DNA of 64,000 nucleotides from an uncultured Candidatus Saccharibacteria bacterium (lineage in GTDB: Bacteria > Patescibacteriota > Minisyncoccia > Phycocordibacterales > CAIZLB01). Below the pieces are notes generated by a model that was given only the letters and a program-made list of their open reading frames with translations, did not search any database and had not been told where the DNA came from. Of the stretch, positions 19,545 through 30,284 are shown one piece after another (positions within the stretch are counted from its first letter, which is position 1; each line of letters starts with the position of its first letter). The position numbers and the translations under genes are program-made. Location: contig CAZFNX010000002.1 in assembly GCA_964520195.1 (NCBI GenBank), forward strand, positions 2,884 through 66,883, read 5' to 3'.

Positions 19545-19775
19545 TTATGCCTTACTTCCTGCCTCGGCTTTTTGCTTTTTAACTACTTTTTTATCAATTT
19601 TAGATTGCATATCAATCACCATTTTACCCTTAAAAAATCCACAGTTTTTACAAACAAGGTGTTTTGGAGTAGGTTGTCCGCAGTTTGAGCAAAGTGCTAA
19701 ATCTACAGCAGTAAGAGCATGATGACTTCTTCTGTTACGAGTATGACCTCGTGTATGACGCATGTGGTTTACCAT
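19545..19775 (-). CDS. rpmF: 50S ribosomal protein L32
   Basis: RRSHHAL, CSNCG...HLVCKNCG. Confidence 0.95.
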   Translation of the reverse strand: MVNHMRHTRGHTRNRRSHHALTAVDLALCSNCGQPTPKHLVCKNCGFFKGKMVIDMQSKIDKKVVKKQKAEAGSKA

Positions 19776-19957
19776 AATACTATGAGTATACGTATTTTGA
19801 GGATAATTGCAAGAGGACACAATACTGTGGTGATATGATGGTCAACGCCTAGATATACCACAAAGTGGTTGACGTATATATAAAATAGACGTATAAATAT
19901 ATGCAACCGTCATCATAGTGATGACTCAGATACTGAACCTTCAATCCTTGATATCCC

Positions 19958-20104
19958 ATGTTTGATTTCTGTATAATACTTGTTCTTTTGATAGTGTCTA
20001 TCTATGGAATTCTTCTTCTGATAGAGAAAATTTTCAAAGATGAGGAACGAGAACAACCACCTCAAGAGAAGGAAAGAGACCCAGCGACCGACGCTTGGCT
20101 ATAG
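19958..20104 (+). CDS. 48-aa single-TM small protein
   Basis: MFDFCIILVLLIVSIYGILLLIEKIFKDEEREQPPQEKERDPATDAWL; TTGACG-N17-TATAAA upstream; terminator 20132-20166; below ORF-track cutoff. Confidence 0.55.
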   Translation: MFDFCIILVLLIVSIYGILLLIEKIFKDEEREQPPQEKERDPATDAWL

Positions 20105-20238
20105 AGAATATTCTCTTACTGTCTCACCTCCCCAGACCCGCCACCCTAGGCGCGTCTGGTTTTTTATTTACAAACAACCCAACAAAACACCTCTCATAAC
20201 CAGTACCGAAACCATACCAAAAATCGTATACTATACTC

Positions 20239-23200
20239 ATGACATTTATCCATCTCCACGTACACAGTCATTACAGTCTTCTTCAAGCTGTTCCTAAGAT
20301 TGATGAGCTTGTGAAAAAAGCAAAGGAGTTTGGTATGACTGCTCTTGCACTGACCGATAACGGTAACTTGTACGGTGCTATCGAGTTTTATAAAGAATGT
20401 ACCGCGAAAGGTATCAAACCTATTTTAGGAGTTGATTTTTATGTAGCACCACGTACTCGTCACGACAAAGAAGGTCGTCTTGATACAAAGCGAACACGCC
20501 ACATACTACTCGCAAAAAACTATGAAGGATATCTCAACCTTATCAAACTCGTAACGGACTCAAACCTTGAGGGTTACTACTATAAACCTCGTATTGATAC
20601 AGAGCTTATACAAAAATATCATGACCATCTTATCTGTATAATTCCCTTCTGGAATAGCAAGATTTCTGAAGCATTAAAAGTAGATGACGATGAAGTTGCC
20701 GATCAAGAGTATGCACTACTTAAGCAAATATATGGTGATGAAAATATTTTTTATGAAATCACACGGCACGACGAACTTCCAAACCATGACAAACTTGAAG
20801 CTCGAGTTATTGCATTTATAGAAAAACATAACATCAAACCAGTTGCAGCCAACGATGTTTTTTACATGAATCCAGAAGACAAGAAAGCTCGTGCAACCAT
20901 GATGTCAATACAAAATGGTACAGCTGAACGTTTTACAGAAGACGATGCAGACTTATCTTTTGTATCACCAGATCGTATGGAGGAATTATTTCATGATGAA
21001 CATAATCCGAAAAAAGATACAGTATACAAACAAGCGCTTGCAAATACACAAGTTATAGCCGATATGTGTGATCTTAAGATAGAGCTTGGAAAATGGGTAT
21101 TCCCTAAGATGGATCTACCTGAAGGGAAAAATGCTGATGAAGCACTACGCGACGTTGTATATGAAGGATTTGCAAAAAGAAATGTCGAAAAGACTCCTGA
21201 AGTTTTAAAGCGTGTTGAGTACGAGCTTGAGGTTATTAAGACTAAAGGATATTCTCCATACTTTTTGATTGTATCCGATCTTCTTCGTTTCGCTAAAGAG
21301 AATGAAATTCTCTCAAACATCAGAGGGTCTGTATCTGGATCTATGGTGACATATCTTTCTGGTATCACCAACATCGATCCCTTAGAGTTCCAGATTCCTT
21401 TTGAACGTTTCCTTAACCCTGAGCGACCATCTGCTCCTGATATTGACATGGACTATGCTGACGATAGACGTGATGACATTATCAACTATGCCCGAAGAAA
21501 ATACGGTGCAGAAAAAGTAGCTCAGATTGGAACATTTGGAACCATGGCTGCAAAAGGATCCATTAAAGACGTGACTCGAGCTCTTGGATATCCATATACA
21601 CTTGGTGATCAGATTTCAAAACTTGTTCCATTGGGTTCTCAAGGATTTCTTATGACGATTGAACATGCTCTCGAAATCACACCTGAACTGAAAGAGTTAT
21701 ATGACACAAATCCAGATGTGCGAACAATCATAGATATGGCAAAGAAAGTTGAAGGATGTGCGAGACATATCGGTGTGCACGCTGCTGGTGTTGTTATCTC
21801 TCCTACTGCGCTTACAGATTTTACTCCACTTCAATGGGATACTAAAGGTGAACAAAAAATCATCAGTCAGTATGATATGTATTCTATTGAAGAAGCAGGA
21901 CTTTTAAAGTTCGATTTTCTTGGTCTTAAAAACTTAAAGATTATCTATGAATGTAAAAAACTTGTTCGCAATAGATATGGTATTGACCTCGATATTGACA
22001 ATCTTACTCTCTCAGATAAAAAAACATTTGAAATGCTTGCGCGCGGAGAGACGCAAGATTTATTCCAGTTGAACGGCGATGGTATGACTAAGTATCTTGT
22101 TGACCTGAAGCCTACAACTATACACGATATCAATGCGATGGTTGCCTTATATCGACCTGGTCCTATACAGTTTATTCCTATGTACATAGAGCGTAAACAT
22201 AATCCTACTCTTGTAACATACATGGATCCTATGCTTGAAGATATTCTTGAGAAAACATATGGTGTGCTTGTATATCAAGATGACCTTTTGATGATGGCAC
22301 ACAAGATTGCTGGATATAGTTGGGGCGAAGTAGATAAGTTTCGTAAAGCTGTAGGTAAAAAGATTCCTGAAGAAATGGCTGCCCAGAAAGATAAGTTTAT
22401 CAAAGGATGTGTATCTCATAGTAAATGGACAGAAAAGAAAGCTACTGATGTATGGAAATGGATTGAACCATTTGCGTCATATGGTTTTAACAAAGCTCAC
22501 TCAGTATCCTATGGACGAGTCTCGTATATCACTGCGTATTTGAAAGCAAACTTTCCTACCGAATATATGACCGCTATTCTGACAGCAGAGGCTGGTGATC
22601 TTGAGGGTGTTGCTGTATCCATCAAAGAATGTAAACGTATGGGTATAACCATACTTCCTCCAAGTGTGAACGAGAGTTTTGGTACATTTACCGTTATACC
22701 AGAATATACAACTGATGACACAGGTATCAAACATGATGCTATACGTTTTGGATTGTATAGTATTAAAAACTTAGGTGAAGGTATTGCACAAAGTATTATT
22801 ACCAACAGAACAGAGAGCGGACCATTTACAAGTATTGAAAACTTTTTAGAGCGCATACAAGATAGAAACTTAAACAAAAAATCTTTCGAGGCACTGGTAA
22901 AATCAGGCGCCATGGATGATCTTGGCGACCGAATACAATTACTCGAAAACGCAGACAGATATCTTGAACACAATAAAGCTCATGCAAAAAAAGATGCAGC
23001 CCAAGGTAGCTTGTTTGATATATTTGCTTCTGTAGAGAGTGCCGAAGGTGCTGAGCATATGGTCGAGAAAAAGAAAATTGTACAAAAACCAGAAGATATG
23101 CAACAACGGCTTGCATGGGAAAAAGAGTTACTTGGATTTTACATTAGTGGTCACCCACTTGATAAATATCGATCTGTTCTTGAAAGTAGAAATATTGATA

Positions 23201-23484
23201 TCCTTAAAGTGTTGTCAGAAGGGGTTCCAGAAAAAATGTATATCCTTGGTGGTATTGTAGAAAAAGTCAAAGAAATCCCAACAAAAAAAGATCCGTTGAA
23301 GCGAATTATGTTTTTTACATTAAAAGATTTACATGGAGAGATTGAGGTGGTGGTATTTCCAAAAAGTGTTGATGCAGCAAGAAAAGTGATTGTAGACGAA
23401 GCATGTATTGTGCTTAAAGGTAAATTTTCGCCTCGTGATGATAAAAAAGGGTTAGTATTTGAGAGTGCGCAGAGGTTGAATTAA
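20239..23484 (+). CDS. dnaE: DNA polymerase III alpha subunit
   Basis: PHP domain HLHVHSHYS, PDIDMD, KFDFLGL, YGFNKAH. Confidence 0.97.
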   Translation: MTFIHLHVHSHYSLLQAVPKIDELVKKAKEFGMTALALTDNGNLYGAIEFYKECTAKGIKPILGVDFYVAPRTRHDKEGRLDTKRTRHILLAKNYEGYLNLIKLVTDSNLEGYYYKPRIDTELIQKYHDHLICIIPFWNSKISEALKVDDDEVADQEYALLKQIYGDENIFYEITRHDELPNHDKLEARVIAFIEKHNIKPVAANDVFYMNPEDKKARATMMSIQNGTAERFTEDDADLSFVSPDRMEELFHDEHNPKKDTVYKQALANTQVIADMCDLKIELGKWVFPKMDLPEGKNADEALRDVVYEGFAKRNVEKTPEVLKRVEYELEVIKTKGYSPYFLIVSDLLRFAKENEILSNIRGSVSGSMVTYLSGITNIDPLEFQIPFERFLNPERPSAPDIDMDYADDRRDDIINYARRKYGAEKVAQIGTFGTMAAKGSIKDVTRALGYPYTLGDQISKLVPLGSQGFLMTIEHALEITPELKELYDTNPDVRTIIDMAKKVEGCARHIGVHAAGVVISPTALTDFTPLQWDTKGEQKIISQYDMYSIEEAGLLKFDFLGLKNLKIIYECKKLVRNRYGIDLDIDNLTLSDKKTFEMLARGETQDLFQLNGDGMTKYLVDLKPTTIHDINAMVALYRPGPIQFIPMYIERKHNPTLVTYMDPMLEDILEKTYGVLVYQDDLLMMAHKIAGYSWGEVDKFRKAVGKKIPEEMAAQKDKFIKGCVSHSKWTEKKATDVWKWIEPFASYGFNKAHSVSYGRVSYITAYLKANFPTEYMTAILTAEAGDLEGVAVSIKECKRMGITILPPSVNESFGTFTVIPEYTTDDTGIKHDAIRFGLYSIKNLGEGIAQSIITNRTESGPFTSIENFLERIQDRNLNKKSFEALVKSGAMDDLGDRIQLLENADRYLEHNKAHAKKDAAQGSLFDIFASVESAEGAEHMVEKKKIVQKPEDMQQRLAWEKELLGFYISGHPLDKYRSVLESRNIDILKVLSEGVPEKMYILGGIVEKVKEIPTKKDPLKRIMFFTLKDLHGEIEVVVFPKSVDAARKVIVDEACIVLKGKFSPRDDKKGLVFESAQRLN

Positions 23485-23510
23485 TACACGAAACAGGATA
23501 TACTCACAAT

Positions 23511-23669
23511 ATGTTCTGGGTTACGTTGGAGGTTAGGTGACGGATATAAAACAACCCAGAAACACTACAGCCGACCTGAGAGACCGAACTGTGGGATGGC
23601 TATGTACTAAGAAAGATCCGAAACCTAGCAGGATGAGGTAACGAACACTTAGTGCATAGCCACTTTTTT
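23511..23669 (+). ncRNA. Candidate structured ncRNA (possibly 6S-like)
   Basis: TATACT at 23499-23504, three stems, terminal 15-bp stem + T6, no real ORF. Confidence 0.5.
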
Positions 23670-23672
23670 ATT

Positions 23673-25018
<1,346 letters not shown>

Positions 25019-25034
25019 ATATACATTTTGCTTG

Positions 25035-25105
25035 TTGCGGAACTTGGATTTGCACCAAGGCTTTCAGGTTATGAGCCTGACGAGCTACTGTTACTCTATC
25101 CCGCT
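25035..25105 (-). tRNA. tRNA-fMet(CAT), initiator
   Basis: 1:72 mismatch (A/A); TCAGG-CTCATAA-CCTGA; T loop TGCAAAT. Confidence 0.85.
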
Positions 25106-25210
25106 ATTGGATAGGTACTAATATACTACATTTTACACATATGTGCAAATCAACATTCTAAGGACTACCTTAGAATGTTGATTCTATTATCTCTGTATTA
25201 TCTTAGTCTA

Positions 25211-27538
25211 CTATTTCCCCAATAAAACACTTTTTATAAGCCTATTTACATACTCTCTTGTAACCGGACCAAAGAAACCAGGAGTTGTTTTAATGTTATT
25301 TGCTTTCTGAAATCGAGTTAGTGCAGATTGGGTTGCAAAACCAAACTTATCCGTCTCTTTACCAGGAGATCCTGCTCCAGTCTTAGCCACAGTAAAGCCA
25401 AGTGCATTAAGAAGTATTTGAAGTTTTTTAGTCTCCGGAGTTTGTCCAACAAAAGGATACAAACTAACACTAAACGTAAACGGTGCACCGGTTGAAGTCA
25501 TAAAGATACTTCTTTGAGTAGAAGGAATCAGACTTTGTATAGCGTTAACTGCACCAACCGATCCTGACGAAAATGAACCACTTCCACTACTTCCACCAGT
25601 AGGACCGCTCCATGAGCTTACTGTAACTGCAACAGGTGTGGTTGTAGTAGCTGTTGTGGTTGCATCTAATGCACTCGTTGTGAACGTCTGATCTTCTGTT
25701 ATAGATATATTACCAAGTACATCTGTAGATATAAGACGATGATGGTATGTAGTGTTTGGAATCAAATCTGTCAACACAAACACATGAGTCGTTGTTCCAG
25801 TGGAAATACTCATACTACTGTCATATATATCTGTGAGGCCGTACTCAATAGTTGATGTTGCTACCTCATCTGTTATCCAAGAAATAGTTACAGTTGATGT
25901 TCCTATCTCATATGTAATATCAGACAATACTGGTCCAGATACATCTCCAGGTGGAGGTGTAGCATTTACGATCTGAATAGCAACATTATCGGATAGATTG
26001 TGTAAAAAATTAGTTAAATCATATGGAGATGTTTGTACGTATACTCCAGTATTATCTATAACATGTACATTTGTAGTACTTGAAGCATTAAGAATATCAA
26101 CCGCCTCACCAGAACCGACAGTATATAAACCATACAATGTAGAAGTGCCTATCAAATTGTTAAGAAGAACACTTACACCGTTGTTTAATACAATACTCAA
26201 TGATGACGTTGCGGCATCAATCTCCCTATTAAAATAAGCTCGGATATCTATCACATCACCTTGTGTATATGTTCCACTAGTAGATGTAGAATCTATACCA
26301 AGGAGAGTTACACCAAAACTACATGTTCCATTATCAACATTGGCAGAAGAGTTAAAATTATCTGCAGCATCATTTGTACAACCATAGACAATAGGTATCT
26401 GACACGATCCGTCATCAACGTTTGCAGCAGAGTTGTACTCTATATATGCTGCATCTGTACAACCAGCAAGAACAGGCGTACTACACGAATCATCATTATA
26501 GTTTGCTAAAGGATTATATTCGAGATAATTAGAATCCATACACCCAGGAACAGCAACTGTGTGACATGATCCATCATCAAGATTTGCCAAAGGATTATAT
26601 TCGAGATATTGAGAATCTGTACATCCTGCAACAGGTGATGCACATGAACCATTATCAACGTTTGCAGCGGGGTTATAATTAGGAGCAGAAGGATTTGTAC
26701 ATCCTGGAACAGCGAGAGTATGACATGAGCCATCATTCATGGTTGCAGCTGGGTTATATTCAAGATATGCACTATCTGTACATCCAGGTACACTATGACT
26801 ACATGTCCCGTCATCAACGTTTGCATTAGAATCGTAATTTACAGCATCAGAATCTGTACACCCAGGAACAGCAACTGTGTGACATGATCCATCGTCCACT
26901 GTGGCAGAAGAATTATATTCGAGATATTGAGAATCTGTACAACCATACACAACAGGTGTAACACATGATCCATCATCAACATTTGCATCAGGATTGTATT
27001 CTACATAAGTAGAGTTTGTACAACCCAAAACCGCTAAGGTACTACATGATCCATCATCTGTATTCGCAGCAGGATTGTATTCTACATAAGCAGGATCTGT
27101 ACAACCATATTCAATAGGTGTTGCACACGATCCATCGGACATGGTCGCAGAAGGGTTATATTCAAGATATCCAGAATCCATACAACCAAGTATTACACAT
27201 GATCCATTATCCATATTTGCATCGACGTTATAATTAGTAGCAGCAGGGTTTGTACATCCAGATATAATACACAATGTGTTATCAACATTTGCAAAAGGAT
27301 CATAATTGTCAGCAGAAGGATTTGTACATCCATACACGATAGGTGTTAGACAAGATCCATCATCTACAGTAGCGTCAGGATTATATTCGAGATATGCAGA
27401 GTTAGTACAGCCAGGAATATCATCAGCCAAAATAACAGATGCAGAATGTGAAGAAAGAAATACTAACAATATAGCAGCGATAACAGAAAAAACATTAAAC
27501 AGGAGCACTATTGATATTGATGATAACTTCTTATACAT
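25211..27538 (-). CDS. Secreted surface protein: 14 Cys-rich GCxD/N repeats, FN3-like domain, C-terminal peptidoglycan-binding-like domain
   Basis: GCT[DN]x2-3Y..YN..A..DDGSC repeats; TISWITDE..TS.IEYG; LQILLN..GF...FG..TQSAL.RFQ. Confidence 0.85.
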   Translation of the reverse strand: MYKKLSSISIVLLFNVFSVIAAILLVFLSSHSASVILADDIPGCTNSAYLEYNPDATVDDGSCLTPIVYGCTNPSADNYDPFANVDNTLCIISGCTNPAATNYNVDANMDNGSCVILGCMDSGYLEYNPSATMSDGSCATPIEYGCTDPAYVEYNPAANTDDGSCSTLAVLGCTNSTYVEYNPDANVDDGSCVTPVVYGCTDSQYLEYNSSATVDDGSCHTVAVPGCTDSDAVNYDSNANVDDGTCSHSVPGCTDSAYLEYNPAATMNDGSCHTLAVPGCTNPSAPNYNPAANVDNGSCASPVAGCTDSQYLEYNPLANLDDGSCHTVAVPGCMDSNYLEYNPLANYNDDSCSTPVLAGCTDAAYIEYNSAANVDDGSCQIPIVYGCTNDAADNFNSSANVDNGTCSFGVTLLGIDSTSTSGTYTQGDVIDIRAYFNREIDAATSSLSIVLNNGVSVLLNNLIGTSTLYGLYTVGSGEAVDILNASSTTNVHVIDNTGVYVQTSPYDLTNFLHNLSDNVAIQIVNATPPPGDVSGPVLSDITYEIGTSTVTISWITDEVATSTIEYGLTDIYDSSMSISTGTTTHVFVLTDLIPNTTYHHRLISTDVLGNISITEDQTFTTSALDATTTATTTTPVAVTVSSWSGPTGGSSGSGSFSSGSVGAVNAIQSLIPSTQRSIFMTSTGAPFTFSVSLYPFVGQTPETKKLQILLNALGFTVAKTGAGSPGKETDKFGFATQSALTRFQKANNIKTTPGFFGPVTREYVNRLIKSVLLGK

Positions 27539-27580
27539 ATAAGTATTATTATACCTTATATAAAGACTCAATACAACATA

Positions 27581-28411
27581 CTATATAAGATTTAACTCTG
27601 TAAATACTTTTTTATATCCATCTAGTGCCGCCTCAGCATCTGTTCTTCCGAGAACAAAGTTTGATCCTTGGTGCGCTAGCTCATTTCTTACCCTGTGTGC
27701 CTTCCACGCATAATCAAGCGTTGCTAACTGCGACTTATTTGTATTCTTTAACATATCACCTACCGTTGTACCTATGAATCCACTTTGTTTTAAAATATCA
27801 AAAAGCATAATATCCGCTTCAATAATAGCCAATCTTAACTCTGCCTGATTGCCACTTCGGGCATAGGCTTCTATCATATCCCATTTAGGATTTTGTATTC
27901 CATTAGTATCTGGTACGTATCCTTGAGGTACAGGTTGTATATCTGGGGCATGCTCTGCATCTTGTACCTTTGTAATCCCTAAAGTTTTTTCATATTCCTC
28001 TTTAACAACTTTAAGTTTGAAAGAAAAAAGGTTTTTAAAAATCCAAAATAATATTGAGAAAAATATCGACACTATAATACAAATATAGAAGATGGTTTGA
28101 ATCAAATCAGTTGTCCTGAACTTTGCTTGATCAAGTAAACTTGGTTCAACCGTTGTATCATCAATCTTTCGCTCATGCAATAAAGCATCATAGAAATTAC
28201 GTATTCCAACACTTATTGTTTTGTCTGTAATACCATTTTTCGATGTATCAGAATCCGTCTGAGGATTATTTTCAAGACGAGGGATAGTAACAAAAAATAT
28301 TGTAATCAATCCAAAAATTAACAATAACACCTCTTCAAATCCAAATCCTCCCCCGCCTTTTTTAGCATCCTTCTTATCATCTTTTTTAGCGTCTTTTTTT
28401 GCTTCTGCCAT
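27581..28411 (-). CDS. Conserved hypothetical membrane protein
   Basis: Two TMs; AIIEADIML...AWKAHRVRNELAH C-terminal domain. Confidence 0.75.
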   Translation of the reverse strand: MAEAKKDAKKDDKKDAKKGGGGFGFEEVLLLIFGLITIFFVTIPRLENNPQTDSDTSKNGITDKTISVGIRNFYDALLHERKIDDTTVEPSLLDQAKFRTTDLIQTIFYICIIVSIFFSILFWIFKNLFSFKLKVVKEEYEKTLGITKVQDAEHAPDIQPVPQGYVPDTNGIQNPKWDMIEAYARSGNQAELRLAIIEADIMLFDILKQSGFIGTTVGDMLKNTNKSQLATLDYAWKAHRVRNELAHQGSNFVLGRTDAEAALDGYKKVFTELNLI

Positions 28412-28417
28412 ATAGAA

Positions 28418-29905
28418 CTAGTATATCATCTTTCCAAGAGCAAAGAGGTCTATTTCTCTATCAATATTAGACATGAGTTGTATTCCTAGTGGCAACCCGT
28501 TTTCTGTACCATATTCTGGATCACCGTGACTATTTACACTTTTTATGAAAGGTATAGATATGGCTGGAAGACCTGTTAAGTTTGCAGTAACTGTAAATAT
28601 ATCAGCCAAGTAGAGAGATAGTGGATCTTTATTTTTTTCACCAATTTTAAATGCTGTACCTGGTGTAGTTGGAGTTATAATAGCATCAACATCAGCAAAA
28701 ACCTTATATACATCTTTAGTCAACTCTTCTCGTAGTGCCATAGCTTTTTTATAATATGCATCATGATACCCTTCAGAGAGAATATATGTACCTAGCATAA
28801 TACGTCGCTTTACTTCTTTTCCTAAAAATTCTCCTCGAGTATTCATGTATGTCTCAAGCAAATCTTTTCCTTCTGCTTGCGCACCATATCGAACACCATC
28901 AAAACGAGCCATGTTTGAAGAAACTTCTGCCGGTACTAAGACATAGTACATTGCAAGAGCTTGCTTAAGTAGTGGTACAGATATATCAACTATCTGAACA
29001 CCTTTTCTTTCCAACTTTTCAATAGTAGCCTGTATACTTTCTTGAACTTCTTGCGACACTCCTTCAGTAAAAATAAATTCTCGAGGAATACCAACCTTCA
29101 TACCATGTCGCGGCAATGTCTCATGAGCCTCAACACTTCTTGTCTTATGAGTTGTACTATCCAAAGGATCAAGACCCTTCATAACTTCAAACACCGCCTC
29201 AGTATCTTCTACGTTTTTAGCAATCACACCAACAACGTCAAAAGACGATGCCATAGCAATAAGTCCATGACGAGATACACTTCCGTATGTTGGCTTAAGT
29301 CCAATAGTTCCACAGAAACTAGCAGGCTGACGAATAGACCCTCCAGTATCAGATCCAAGCGCAAACAAACATCCGTCCATCGCAACAGCAGCAGCAGATC
29401 CACCAGATGAACCACCTGACACATACTCAAGATTTTTAGGGTTTTTAGTTACACCATATGCTGAGTTTTCAGTTGATCCACCCATAGCAAACTCATCCAT
29501 ATTTACACGACCTAAACATATTGCTCCTGATGCAAGTATTTTTTCAACTGCAGTTGCAGTGTATGACGCTGTGTAGTTTTCAAGAATCTTAGAAGACGCA
29601 GTAGTTTTTTTACCAACCATACAAATGTTGTCTTTGATAGCAAACGGCACACCGAACATCTTATGCTTCCAGATATGACTCTCCAATTCTTGTTTTGTTT
29701 TACCTGCAATAAGAGCGTCACACGCTCGAGCTTGCGCCAATGCTTCATCTTTGTATACCTCAAGAAATGTATTAGTGTCTTTATTTTTAAGTTCAATAAT
29801 ACTAAGGTACAGTGTCACCACTTCCTCAACAGTACACTTTCGTGTAAGAAGACTTTCATGGAAATCTATAATTGAATCTGGTAAAACATGAGTACGAATC
29901 TGCAT
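28418..29905 (-). CDS. gatA: Glu-tRNA(Gln) amidotransferase subunit A
   Basis: GGSSGGSAAAVA, GSDTGGSIRQPA, RFDGVRYG. Confidence 0.97.
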   Translation of the reverse strand: MQIRTHVLPDSIIDFHESLLTRKCTVEEVVTLYLSIIELKNKDTNTFLEVYKDEALAQARACDALIAGKTKQELESHIWKHKMFGVPFAIKDNICMVGKKTTASSKILENYTASYTATAVEKILASGAICLGRVNMDEFAMGGSTENSAYGVTKNPKNLEYVSGGSSGGSAAAVAMDGCLFALGSDTGGSIRQPASFCGTIGLKPTYGSVSRHGLIAMASSFDVVGVIAKNVEDTEAVFEVMKGLDPLDSTTHKTRSVEAHETLPRHGMKVGIPREFIFTEGVSQEVQESIQATIEKLERKGVQIVDISVPLLKQALAMYYVLVPAEVSSNMARFDGVRYGAQAEGKDLLETYMNTRGEFLGKEVKRRIMLGTYILSEGYHDAYYKKAMALREELTKDVYKVFADVDAIITPTTPGTAFKIGEKNKDPLSLYLADIFTVTANLTGLPAISIPFIKSVNSHGDPEYGTENGLPLGIQLMSNIDREIDLFALGKMIY

Positions 29906-29934
29906 AATAAATAAAAAATATTGTTATTGTTGGA

Positions 29935-30228
29935 TTATTGAGTAAGAATTTGCTTTACTTTCACAGAATTATTTTCAAAAGCAGGAGCCTGTGCAACAAT
30001 CTCTTCTGCCTTATATTCACCGTCTCGTCGAACGACTTCATCAACACGAACAACACCAACAGGAGCCATTCCTAGACTATGTTCATGATCATGCTTCGAT
30101 ACAGATAGAGCTTGAATAGTATCTATAAAAGACAAGATAGATTCGATATCTTGAGTAAACGAAACATGCTCATCTTCCGTTAAAGAAATACGAGCAAGGT
30201 TCGCAATATTGTGAGTATGTATCAACAT
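29935..30228 (-). CDS. gatC: Glu-tRNA(Gln) amidotransferase subunit C
   Basis: IANLARI..., R.DEV, VKVKQIL; directly upstream of gatA. Confidence 0.85.
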   Translation of the reverse strand: MLIHTHNIANLARISLTEDEHVSFTQDIESILSFIDTIQALSVSKHDHEHSLGMAPVGVVRVDEVVRRDGEYKAEEIVAQAPAFENNSVKVKQILTQ

Positions 30229-30284
30229 ATTCCTACTTTAGCACAACTTGACCATATAGGAAAAGGGTCTTTTTTTTAAGAGAT

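Noticed and set aside
20991-23260. Antisense and alternate-frame ORFs inside dnaE (and similar ones in copA, ligA, pilB, clpB)
   Set aside because: Shadow ORFs overlapping well-supported genes, with no recognisable motifs.
23610-23650. Hammerhead ribozyme (GATGAG, GAAAC)
   Set aside because: No CTGANGA core and the flanking stems are not in the required order.
26320-27420. CRISPR array
   Set aside because: The repeats are in-frame protein repeats with codon-level variation, with no spacers and no cas genes.
27538-29905. Genome-wide TAG-to-Gln reassignment (code 15)
   Set aside because: Many ordinary genes end in TAG (ruvX, gatA, engB, DUF1697). Reading TAG as sense would fuse gatA, a membrane protein and a secreted protein into one chain.
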